This document shows positions 1-7,750 of a stretch of DNA of 41,612 bases, one piece after another (position 1 is the stretch's first letter; every line of letters begins with the position of its first letter). The translations under genes were made by a program, and so were the position numbers. The stretch lies in contig PBTB01000073.1 of the NCBI GenBank assembly GCA_002726945.1, positions 1-41,612 on the forward strand, in the 5' to 3' direction. The stretch comes from Deltaproteobacteria bacterium (lineage in GTDB: Bacteria; SAR324; NAC60-12). The notes below the pieces were generated by a model. The model did not search any database and was not told where the DNA came from. It saw only the letters and a list, made by a program, of their open reading frames with translations.

Positions 1-158
1 ACAAATTACTTCCCAAATACTTTGTTCGCATCTCGCCAGCCAGTTGTAGCGGGTGAACTATTCAGCGGGAGTTGCCTTAGCAGGCGTATATCTGCCAAGG
101 GTAGCCCCTTACTGAAGGAAATACAAATATTTTAATCTCTTCCGGGGGTCTAATTTCC

Positions 159-172
159 CGCAGCTTGCTGCG
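159..172. repeat. REP-like palindromic hairpin motif CGCAGC-TT-GCTGCG, copy 1
   Basis: GGGTCTAATTTCCCGCAGCTTGCTGCGAATCAA in the non-coding stretch upstream of cheB. About 26 of 30 nt are shared with the copy at 38951-38980. Confidence 0.6.
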
Positions 173-201
173 AATCAATAAACCTAATGCCATACCTGCT
201 A

Positions 202-221
202 CCCCGCAGCTTGCTGCGGGG
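202..221. repeat. REP-like palindromic hairpin CCCCGCAGC-TT-GCTGCGGGG, copy 2
   Basis: Perfect 9-bp stem with a TT centre, 30 bp downstream of copy 1. Same GCAGCTTGCTGC core. Confidence 0.6.
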
Positions 222-383
222 CAGTTCATTTCGGCTATAGGATGAGGATGAGAAAGGAAGAGGTTCTTTCCTTGCATTGCAACCCGCAAGTTTATACCGT
301 GCTTTCCGAGTACTTGGGCACCCGGTTCCAATGAGAACTTTCCCCTGATTCTTTGCGAGTAGCACTCTGGTTTTCTCTCCTTG

Positions 384-1460
384 ATGGCTGACCCCACCCG
401 CGTTCTGGTGATTGACGACTCGGCCCTTGTCCGCAAGCTGCTTTCCGAGATCCTTGCAAGCGACCCGGACATTGAGGTGGTGGGCACGGCTCCGGACGCC
501 AAGGTGGCGCTCAAGAAAATCCAGAGCCTGCAGCCCCACGTCCTCACACTGGATGTGGAGATGCCCGGAATGGACGGGCTGACCTTTCTGGAGCGACTGA
601 TGAAGTCGCAGCCACTGCCCGTGGTGATGGTCAGCGCCTACACGCAAGCAGGGGCTCCGACGGCGCTGCGGGCGCTGGAGTTGGGTGCCGTCGAGGTGAT
701 TGGCAAGCCGCAGTCCGGACTGCGGGTGGGCATGGAGGAAATCTCGGTGCAGATCATTGACACCGTCAAGGCTGCCCGTCATGCCCGGATCAAGGATAGT
801 CGGCAACTCTTCCTGCGTCCAAAGGCGAAGCAGTCCACAGACGCGGAACTGCCCAAGCTGATGAAGCCACTGCGCACCGGATTTCGGGAAACGGTGATTG
901 CGGTCGGAGCCTCCACCGGAGGAACGGAGGCTCTGCTGGAATTGCTCCAGCCGCTTCCGGAGACCATGCCGGGCATCGTGGTGGTGCAGCACATGCCCGC
1001 GGTGTTCACGAAAAGCTTTGCTGAGCGGCTCAACCAGCAGTGTCGGCTGGAGGTGAAGGAGGCGGAAGCTGGAGACGTGGTGCAATCCGGACGGGTTTTG
1101 ATTGCACCGGGCGATCAGCATTTGCTGCTGGAATCGGCGGAACGCGGCTATCGGGTACGTTTGCAGGACAGTCCGCTTGTCAATCGGCATCGCCCAGCGG
1201 TGGATGTGCTTTTCCGCTCCGTCGCGCAAGTCGCGGGCAGGCAGGCGATTGGGGTGATCCTCACCGGTATGGGCAACGACGGCGCAGACGGAATGCGCGA
1301 AATGCGGGATTCCGGTGCCCATAATTTGGCACAAGACGAGGCCAGTTGCGTGGTCTTCGGAATGCCGAAGGTCGCAATTGAACGCGGGGGCGTGGATCAG
1401 ATGCTGTCGCTGGAGGCCATATCCGTCCTGCTGATGCAACTCACCCACGAGCAAGGGTGA
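384..1460 (+). CDS. cheB: Chemotaxis response regulator protein-glutamate methylesterase CheB
   Basis: N-terminal receiver domain (VLVIDDS, DVEMPGMDG) plus C-terminal CheB methylesterase domain (GASTGG, VVVQHMP, LTGMGNDG). ORF track 381..1460. ATG at 384 preferred over TTG at 381. Confidence 0.92.
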   Translation: MADPTRVLVIDDSALVRKLLSEILASDPDIEVVGTAPDAKVALKKIQSLQPHVLTLDVEMPGMDGLTFLERLMKSQPLPVVMVSAYTQAGAPTALRALELGAVEVIGKPQSGLRVGMEEISVQIIDTVKAARHARIKDSRQLFLRPKAKQSTDAELPKLMKPLRTGFRETVIAVGASTGGTEALLELLQPLPETMPGIVVVQHMPAVFTKSFAERLNQQCRLEVKEAEAGDVVQSGRVLIAPGDQHLLLESAERGYRVRLQDSPLVNRHRPAVDVLFRSVAQVAGRQAIGVILTGMGNDGADGMREMRDSGAHNLAQDEASCVVFGMPKVAIERGGVDQMLSLEAISVLLMQLTHEQG

Positions 1461-1472
1461 ATCCTATAGCGA

Positions 1473-1504
1473 CAGGACTTACGCAAAATTTTGCGTAAGT
1501 CCTG
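1473..1504. terminator. 32-bp perfect palindrome CAGGACTTACGCAAAA/TTTTGCGTAAGTCCTG, possible bidirectional terminator or protein-binding site
   Basis: Every base 1473-1488 pairs with 1504-1489. Lies 13 bp after the cheB stop and is followed by the T-containing tail GAACTTTCTGAATTT. One half recurs at 26352-26370. Confidence 0.4.
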
Positions 1505-1518
1505 AACTTTCTGAATTT

Positions 1519-1625
1519 GGGCACTCCGTTCGCCCTGAGACTCTGTCGAAGCCTGTCCTGAGCAGAGTCGAAGAGGGTGAGTCTCGTCTTAGCTTCGACA
1601 CACTCAGCACGCACGGGGAGTGCCC
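1519..1625. repeat. 107-bp imperfect inverted repeat (long hairpin) in the ClC leader
   Basis: Pairing checked by hand. 1519-1527 GGGCACTCC pairs with 1617-1625 GGAGTGCCC. 1535-1539 CTGAG pairs with 1603-1607 CTCAG. 1544-1552 TGTCGAAGC pairs with 1592-1600 GCTTCGACA. Confidence 0.6.
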
Positions 1626-1649
1626 GATCACAAGATAACAACACACACA

Positions 1650-3953
1650 ATGAGTTCCTCTGCACATCCCCTGCTTTCCCGCTTAGCGCTACCAGCTTTG
1701 CGGAACTGGCGTCCGGGCGCGGGCAGCGACCCGGAATCCGCCTCCATGTTGCTGATTGCCGTCGTGGTCGGAATTGGGGCTGGTTTGGGTGCGGTGGTGT
1801 TTCGTCACCTGATCAACGGCATCCGCGAGTTTTCGTATGGGGATGTGGCGGGTTGGCTTTCCGGCATGGGCGGCTGGCACCTGCTGGTGATCCCGGCCTT
1901 GGGGGGCGCCATCATCGGGCCGCTGATACACCGCTACGCCCGCGAGGCCAAGGGACACGGCATCCCGGAGGTGATGCAGGCGCTGGAACTGCGGGGCGGG
2001 CGCATTCGCCCGCGAGTTGCCATCGTCAAGGCCATCGCCTCCTCCGTGTGCATCGGCACGGGAGGTTCAGTGGGGCGCGAGGGGCCGATTGCGCAAATCG
2101 GCTCGGTCCTCGGTTCGTGGCTGGGGCAACTGCTCAAGCTCTCCGATGATCGGCTGCGGACGCTGGTGGCCTGCGGAGCGGCGGGCGGAGTGGCCGCGAC
2201 CTTCAACGCGCCCATTGCCGGAGCGGTGTTTGCGCTGGAGGTTTTGCTGCGGCGTTTCGGCAGCGTTTATTTCGGTGCGGTCGTGATCTCAGCGGTGACG
2301 GCGGACGTGGTGGCGCACTACTTCGAGGGGGATTCCCGCACCTTTGCGGTTCCCCAATACGTCCTCAACTCTCCATGGGAACTCGGACTTTACCTCGTGC
2401 TGGGCCTGATTGCGGCGGTGCTGTCGGTGGGCTTCACGCGACTGCTCTACCTCTCGGAAGACCTCTGGGACAAAATCCGCGTGATTCCGGAGCCGGCCAA
2501 GCCCATCGTTGGCGGGGTGCTGCTGGGCGTGTTGGGCGTTTACACCTTCCAGCTTGATGGGATTCCGCGCATTTTCGGAGTTGGTTACGAAACGATCACC
2601 GCCGCGCTTTTCAGCGAACTGACGCTGCAAATGACGCTCGCCCTCGTCTTCCTCAAGATGCTCGCCACCGTGCTCACCCTCGGGGCCGGAGGTTCCGGAG
2701 GCGTGTTCGCCCCCTCGCTCTTCATGGGCGCGATGCTCGGGGCGTGTTTCGGACAGGCGGCGGGGTTGCTCTTTCCCGGGATCGCCGCGCCCTCCGGAGC
2801 CTACGCGCTGGTCGGCATGGCGGCGTTCTTCAGCGGGGCAGCCCATGCGCCGATCACGTCCATCCTCATCCTCTTTGAGATGACGGGGAACTACGAGATC
2901 ATCCTGCCGCTCATGCTGGCGACCGTCGTCAGCACCCTGATTTCCCGCAAGATCAGCCGTGAATCCATCTACACCCTCAAGCTGAGTCGGCGTGGGGTGG
3001 TGCTGCAACAGCAGCAGGAGGTGGACCTCATGCAGCGTGTGACCGTGGGGGAGGCAATGCACCGCGACGTGGAAACCGTACCAGCCATTCTCACTTTGGA
3101 AGAACTCTCTGATCGCTTTGCCCACACCCATCGCACCGGATTTCTGGTGGTGGAAAACGGCAACCACCTCGTGGGCGTGGTGAGCATTGGCGATTTGGAA
3201 CGTGCGCTCGGCAAACACGATTCGGAAACCCGCACGGTGCGGGACATTGCCACCACGGAAAACCTGCTGGTGGCCGCTCCGGAAGAACCGATGTGGGTGG
3301 CGTTGCGGCGCTTGGGCATCCGCGACATTGGACGCTTGCCGGTGGTCCGGAGCGAGTCGGACTGGACCGTGGTGGGTGTGTTGCGGCGTATTGACATCAT
3401 CCGCGCCTACAACCACGCGGTCAATGAACATGCCCTTGAACAGCACCGCGATGAGATGTTGCAACTCCGGCATCTCGACCAAACTGGGCTCATCCAAGTC
3501 CAGCTTCCCGCCAATTCCCCGGTTGTGGGGCGGCGGGTGCGGGAGTTGAGCCTTGGTGAGGATTGTCTGCTCGTCTCGGTACGGCGCAGGGGGCAGTTGC
3601 GGCTGGTGCGAGGCGAGACGGTGTTGCAAACCGGGGATCAGGTGACCGTGTTTGCCGAGAAACCCCAGACGGAAATCCTCCGGAAGCAACTGCTGGGTGA
3701 GGCACCGATGGAGGAGAAAACCCAAAACGGCCACGTCCGGCACTGCGAGGTGAGCATCCCGGCGCAGGCCGAGGTCGTGGGACGTCCGGTGCGCGAGTTG
3801 CAACTGCCGCAGGATTGTGTGCTGGTGCGGGTGTTGCGAGGTTCGGAGATCATTCTGCCTCGGGGCGACACGGTGTTGCAGGCGCTGGACCGCGTGGAAA
3901 TCTTTGGCGTGGACGAGCGTTTGTCTGAAGCCGAACAGTGTTTGATCAAATGA
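1650..3953 (+). CDS. ClC-family chloride channel / H+-Cl- exchanger with C-terminal CBS pair and two TrkA_C (RCK_C) domains
   Basis: ClC motifs GHGIPEV, GREGP, GGVFAPS. Then two CBS-like repeats (VTVGEAMHRDVETV..., TVRDIATTENLLVA...). Then two RCK_C-like repeats (VGRRVRELSLGEDCLLVSVRR..., VGRPVRELQLPQDCVLVRVLR...). ATG at 1650 is in frame with ORF 1620..3953. Confidence 0.9.
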   Translation: MSSSAHPLLSRLALPALRNWRPGAGSDPESASMLLIAVVVGIGAGLGAVVFRHLINGIREFSYGDVAGWLSGMGGWHLLVIPALGGAIIGPLIHRYAREAKGHGIPEVMQALELRGGRIRPRVAIVKAIASSVCIGTGGSVGREGPIAQIGSVLGSWLGQLLKLSDDRLRTLVACGAAGGVAATFNAPIAGAVFALEVLLRRFGSVYFGAVVISAVTADVVAHYFEGDSRTFAVPQYVLNSPWELGLYLVLGLIAAVLSVGFTRLLYLSEDLWDKIRVIPEPAKPIVGGVLLGVLGVYTFQLDGIPRIFGVGYETITAALFSELTLQMTLALVFLKMLATVLTLGAGGSGGVFAPSLFMGAMLGACFGQAAGLLFPGIAAPSGAYALVGMAAFFSGAAHAPITSILILFEMTGNYEIILPLMLATVVSTLISRKISRESIYTLKLSRRGVVLQQQQEVDLMQRVTVGEAMHRDVETVPAILTLEELSDRFAHTHRTGFLVVENGNHLVGVVSIGDLERALGKHDSETRTVRDIATTENLLVAAPEEPMWVALRRLGIRDIGRLPVVRSESDWTVVGVLRRIDIIRAYNHAVNEHALEQHRDEMLQLRHLDQTGLIQVQLPANSPVVGRRVRELSLGEDCLLVSVRRRGQLRLVRGETVLQTGDQVTVFAEKPQTEILRKQLLGEAPMEEKTQNGHVRHCEVSIPAQAEVVGRPVRELQLPQDCVLVRVLRGSEIILPRGDTVLQALDRVEIFGVDERLSEAEQCLIK

Positions 3954-3969
3954 AACGATTAGGAAAACG

Positions 3970-5853
3970 GTGACAACAACGAAAAAGTGGATTCTCACCA
4001 TCCTTGGAGTGGTGATTGTGCTGGGAGGTGCTTCCGGATTTGTGGTGAGCTATTTTGTGGGACAGCGAGTGGCGCAACGACTGTCGAACCCCGTGGAGCG
4101 TGGCGGCTGGACGCTCACGCCCGGACCTTTGCAGCACCAGTTGGGCTACTTCAACAGCCGCACGGTGGTTTCCGATTCGCGGTTGCAGTTTGGGGAAAAC
4201 GAACTGGCGATTCCAGAGTTCACCATCACGGTGCAACTCGATGGGGCGGAAGTCCACGCTCCCGAAATTTCCGGAAACCTCGTCCGGCCGGAGGGGCTGG
4301 CCCTGAAAATTGGCGATGCGCGGGTGCAGTTGCCCACGGACAGCCTGCGTCCGGAGGCTCCGTCACGTGAGGGGAGCTTGACGATGAGGCAGGTGGACCT
4401 GACTTCCACAGAGGAAAGTTTCTCGTTGGAGGATGTGACCCTCGACGCCACGCAGGCGCAACATGCGGTTTGGGACACGCTGAAGGTGCTGGTGGCGAAA
4501 CTTGGCTTCGATACTCCCAATGTGGCCGTGGTCGCCCAGTCGGTGCGGATGCAGCAGAATCACGATCCACTTGTCGAGAATCGCCTTGGCGTCATGGTGC
4601 AACTGGAGGTCGGCGAACTGAACGTCCGGAACCTCAGAAGCGAGGCGGCGCTTGACTGGAGCAATGTTGCCGCCAACGTGGACATGGAAATCAACGGTAC
4701 CCGCCGCACGGTGTTCTGGAACACGCTGCGCATGCCCAGCAACCAGCAACCAGCAACCGACTGGTGGGAGCATTACTCCGCCCAGTACGCCCCAGACGTG
4801 AAGCGGATGACGCTGCAATCGGGAACGCTTCAGTTTGGGGACAGTGCCGTCGAGTTGAACTTTGCACGTTTCAATGCCGAAGGGGAAAACACGGCGGAAG
4901 GTGACAAGACGCACACAAACTTCTCCGGGATGTGGGAAGCACTGAGCGCGACTTCCAGCGCGGGAGTGCAGGTGGGAGCCGAGCGTTTCACGCTGGAATC
5001 CGAAGGACGCTACCTCACCAAGCACTATCGCCAACTTTCGCGCTTGCTGGAGCAGGAACAGCTCTCCTTGTCCTTGGATCTTGTGAATACGCTCTATGCC
5101 TATCTGGAGGAAGTCCACTCCAACTTCCGCATGAACCTCACCAACCTGAGCTTCAAGAATGCCACCCAACCCGAACCGCTCATGGTTGATGAGGGAACGT
5201 TGGAACTGGACCTTCAGTTCAAGGACGGGGTGGGGGAGTTTGAACTGCGCCCAACCGTGCGCATCAGTCAACTGTCTACGTTGCAGCCCTTCGTGCCCGT
5301 GCAGATTCCCTTTGCCGCGCTTGCTCAGGAGTGGCGCTGGTACGGCAAGCAGTTGGACGTGTCGGCGTTTCAAGCATGGCTCACCGCAGCGGCAAAGGCA
5401 GAGCGTCTGGAAACCACGCTCGGCAGCGCTGATGACGGGCTGCGCACATTTGTGCAGGCACAACCGGACTCAGGTTTGAGTGTGGTGCTGAAAACGCAGG
5501 GGGGCCCGGAAATCTCCCTCTCGACACAACTGGTGCTGGACCAGCCGTGGCCGGCAGATTTCTCGCTCCAGCAACTCCGCCACGGAAGCGGTCTGCTCAA
5601 GCAGGCGTTACTGGAGGCCAGCACCTTGCGGGTGGAAGCAGTGGTGGATGACTCTGCAAAACTCGGCAGCATGCTCGATTACATGATGGGCGGTGGAGCC
5701 GGGCAGTTGTTCCTGCTGCAACTGCGGCCCTACACAAAGGTGCAGGGCAACGAGTTGCGCAGTGAACTGCTGGTGCAGCGGGGGCAGGCGAGCCTCAATG
5801 GACGTCCGGACGAACTCATCACTCTCATGATCCACGGGATGCTCGCCAACTGA
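3970..5853 (+). CDS. Membrane-anchored hypothetical protein, possibly YdgA/DUF945-like
   Basis: GTG start after AGGAAA. N-terminal TM helix ILTILGVVIVLGGASGFVV. The C-terminal ...LLVQRGQASLNGRPDELITLMIHGML resembles the YdgA C-terminus (...NGQITLNGQKMSLEDFVGMF) as I recall it. No catalytic motif seen. Confidence 0.6.
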   Translation: MTTTKKWILTILGVVIVLGGASGFVVSYFVGQRVAQRLSNPVERGGWTLTPGPLQHQLGYFNSRTVVSDSRLQFGENELAIPEFTITVQLDGAEVHAPEISGNLVRPEGLALKIGDARVQLPTDSLRPEAPSREGSLTMRQVDLTSTEESFSLEDVTLDATQAQHAVWDTLKVLVAKLGFDTPNVAVVAQSVRMQQNHDPLVENRLGVMVQLEVGELNVRNLRSEAALDWSNVAANVDMEINGTRRTVFWNTLRMPSNQQPATDWWEHYSAQYAPDVKRMTLQSGTLQFGDSAVELNFARFNAEGENTAEGDKTHTNFSGMWEALSATSSAGVQVGAERFTLESEGRYLTKHYRQLSRLLEQEQLSLSLDLVNTLYAYLEEVHSNFRMNLTNLSFKNATQPEPLMVDEGTLELDLQFKDGVGEFELRPTVRISQLSTLQPFVPVQIPFAALAQEWRWYGKQLDVSAFQAWLTAAAKAERLETTLGSADDGLRTFVQAQPDSGLSVVLKTQGGPEISLSTQLVLDQPWPADFSLQQLRHGSGLLKQALLEASTLRVEAVVDDSAKLGSMLDYMMGGGAGQLFLLQLRPYTKVQGNELRSELLVQRGQASLNGRPDELITLMIHGMLAN

Positions 5854-5862
5854 GCTTCATGT

Positions 5863-6290
5863 TCAGGGCAGGGAGTGCGACGCCTCACTGAGGTTGCAGA
5901 GTTTTTGCAAAGCGAGGTCGTGTTCCGGGTAGCGGACGAAGAGCGGCTCATCGATCTGGATATGCCAGCAGCCCGCTTCGGCCAGGCCGAGGATTTTCTG
6001 GTTCAACGCCTCAGCTATCGCCTTCCCTAGCGCGTTCAAATCCCCGTAATGATCGTCCACAATCGTGTCTCCGACCGTCAGCGGGCTGGGCATGGTGATC
6101 TTCATGGAACGGTCGGTGGCTTGCTGTGCGTTGCCAGTCGCTCGCGAGGAAAAGATCGCGGGGCTTGAGCGTCCATCGCCTCGGCCCAGCCGACGGTGGG
6201 GTCTGGAGCATCGGGGTCGTCAAACCAATCCTGAAGTTTCACATACTCGGATTTTTGGTAGGCGCCAATGGTGGTGGTCCGCAGGTTCAT
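5863..6290 (-). pseudogene. Decayed cobalamin-independent methionine synthase (MetE C-terminal-domain family, COG0620-like) remnant
   Basis: Two short ORFs in different frames. 6102..6290 gives MNLRTTTIGAYQKSEYVKLQDWF... 5863..6105 gives ...MPSPLTVGD...LGKAIAEALNQKILGLAEAGCWHIQIDEPLF... These match the N-terminal TT(V/I)GS(F/Y)P-type and the central iQiDEP motifs of the family. The zinc-binding C-terminal half is absent. Confidence 0.6.
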
Positions 6291-6310
6291 GTTTGATGTG
6301 GGATGGAGGG

Positions 6311-7192
6311 TCAGGCACAGCCCCCGGCACGGAGACCAAGGACGATTTTGGAATAGTGCGGATGCTCCGGCGTGAGGATGCCGTACCGCACAAAGAAGTC
6401 GATGATGACGAGATTGCAGTTGAGCTTGATTTCATCGGTTTCAGCGACTAGATGAACCACGTCCTTGATGGGCAGCAACTCAAAATCCTCGACCTCGCCA
6501 TCCATGTTTTCCGGTTCAAAATCTTCCGGGAGTTCCAGATCGTAGGTAAAGAGCAAGTCGCGCTTGATGAGGCCGTAGTGATCCATGAAAACGGTGACGA
6601 ATCCGTTGGGGCGGCAGCGTTGTGCCAAGGACTCCGGGATTCCGGCTTCCTCCCAGCACTCCCGGATGACGACCTCCCACGCGCTTTGTCCGGCGGTGAG
6701 TCCTCCTGCCACAAGATGATCGAGGTAGCCCGGATAGTGCGGGCGATCTTTGGCACGGCGGGCGATCCACATCCAGAGCCCCTCGGACTTTTGGACGAAG
6801 CCGTTGAGGTGAACACCGTAGCTGCAAATCCCCAGAAGCTGTGCGGCGGCGCGTTCCACGAGCAGGAGCGGTTCGTCGTCAAAGCGAGTGGAAACGCGGT
6901 ACAACTCGTCCCGCCATCCGGAAACCCAGCCGCGTTTCTCCCACTCCACCAGTACCTCGCCCACGGCACTCGTCCGGGCTGCCGGCGTGTTGAGATGGCC
7001 CTGTACCCAAACCTCGGCGTCCATCACTCCAAACACCGTGTGGTGTTCCCGGAAGCGGGACAGGTGGTCCTTGGGCACCCAGCCGATGACGGTGTCGCCA
7101 ATGTGCAAGGGGGCAAAGCGCGTGAGGTCGCGAGTATTGCAACGCTGCACCCAACGCTTGAGGTTGTACTCGGGGTGGTGGAAGTCGTTCAT
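6311..7192 (-). CDS. NUDIX hydrolase (DUF4743-type N-terminal extension)
   Basis: Nudix box GGLTAGQSAWEVVIRECWEEAGI. ORF track 6311..7243 starts at GTG. The internal ATG at 7192 (MNDFHHPEY...) is preferred. Confidence 0.85.
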   Translation of the reverse strand: MNDFHHPEYNLKRWVQRCNTRDLTRFAPLHIGDTVIGWVPKDHLSRFREHHTVFGVMDAEVWVQGHLNTPAARTSAVGEVLVEWEKRGWVSGWRDELYRVSTRFDDEPLLLVERAAAQLLGICSYGVHLNGFVQKSEGLWMWIARRAKDRPHYPGYLDHLVAGGLTAGQSAWEVVIRECWEEAGIPESLAQRCRPNGFVTVFMDHYGLIKRDLLFTYDLELPEDFEPENMDGEVEDFELLPIKDVVHLVAETDEIKLNCNLVIIDFFVRYGILTPEHPHYSKIVLGLRAGGCA

Positions 7193-7411
7193 AAGCAGCT
7201 CGGTCAATTTGAAGAAACTGTAGGCAGAATCCGGAAAAAGCACAATGAAAAATCCTGCGAAGGCGCTGTGCGAGAGAGGGGGGGCGGAAGCCCTGAAACA
7301 ACTTGCGATATTGGTGTTGAAACCCTACGCTTGAACAGTGGGCAGCCATTTGCAGAGCCACAGGTGGAGCCATCTTTCCCTGCCTTGCGAGACCAAGTCC
7401 AACAAGCGCTC

Positions 7412-7750
7412 ATGAAGTCGTTGCTCCAGCAGCGGGTACGCCAGTTTCTCGTCCACTCCTTTTTGTACTACCATTTGGGAGACTCCGTGATCTCAGACAC
7501 GCAGTATGACCGGATTTGTCAGGAACTGGGAGTACTGCTCCAAGAGCATCCGCAGCTTGAGGTGCCGTACCGTGATCTCACGGAACAGGCTTTAGGCACT
7601 GAAGCCTCGGGCTACACGATCCGCAAGTTCCCGCCCCCGCTTGTCAGTTCGGCCCTTCACCTGCTTTATCAGGCCCACTACCGGGCACATCTGACTCTTG
7701 CCGAGTTTCTTGCGCGGCAGGGTTACCGCATCGCAGAGGCTGGCACATGA
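7412..7750 (+). CDS. Small standalone protein resembling NAD-dependent DNA ligase domain Ia (LigA-related)
   Basis: Last 112 codons of ORF 6452..7750; the rest is antisense to the Nudix gene. FLYYHLGDSVISDTQYDRICQELGVLLQEHPQL parallels LigA [33 protein letters not shown]. Stop overlaps the rodZ start (ATGA). Confidence 0.6.
   Translation: MKSLLQQRVRQFLVHSFLYYHLGDSVISDTQYDRICQELGVLLQEHPQLEVPYRDLTEQALGTEASGYTIRKFPPPLVSSALHLLYQAHYRAHLTLAEFLARQGYRIAEAGT

Noticed and set aside
145-225. Possible CRISPR array based on the repeated CGCAGCTTGCTGCG motif.
   Set aside because: Only two adjacent copies are present, with dissimilar flanks and a spacing of about 30 bp. There is no regular repeat-spacer periodicity and no cas genes. 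A third copy is 38 kb away.
1461-1649. Fluoride (crcB-motif) riboswitch upstream of the ClC gene.
   Set aside because: I could not find the conserved fluoride riboswitch core elements as I remember them (GGNGATG...CTGATGAT...CCTAC-like segments). This ClC has CBS/RCK_C tails, unlike the short ClC-F type.
2289-4001. 570-aa minus-strand ORF antisense to the ClC gene. The same phenomenon occurs at 4363..5463, 12404..13378, 20438..21451, 29889..31055, 32019..33368, 37649..38740, 39067..39981 and 39991..41502.
   Set aside because: These are shadow ORFs, typical of GC-rich DNA. Their translations are low-complexity R/H/G/P/Q-rich with no motifs. The opposite strand encodes proteins with unambiguous family signatures.
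6452-7411. First 320 codons of the 432-aa plus-strand ORF 6452..7750.
   Set aside because: This part is entirely antisense to the well-supported Nudix hydrolase gene and is compositionally junk. Only the final 112 codons, from ATG 7412, look like a real protein.
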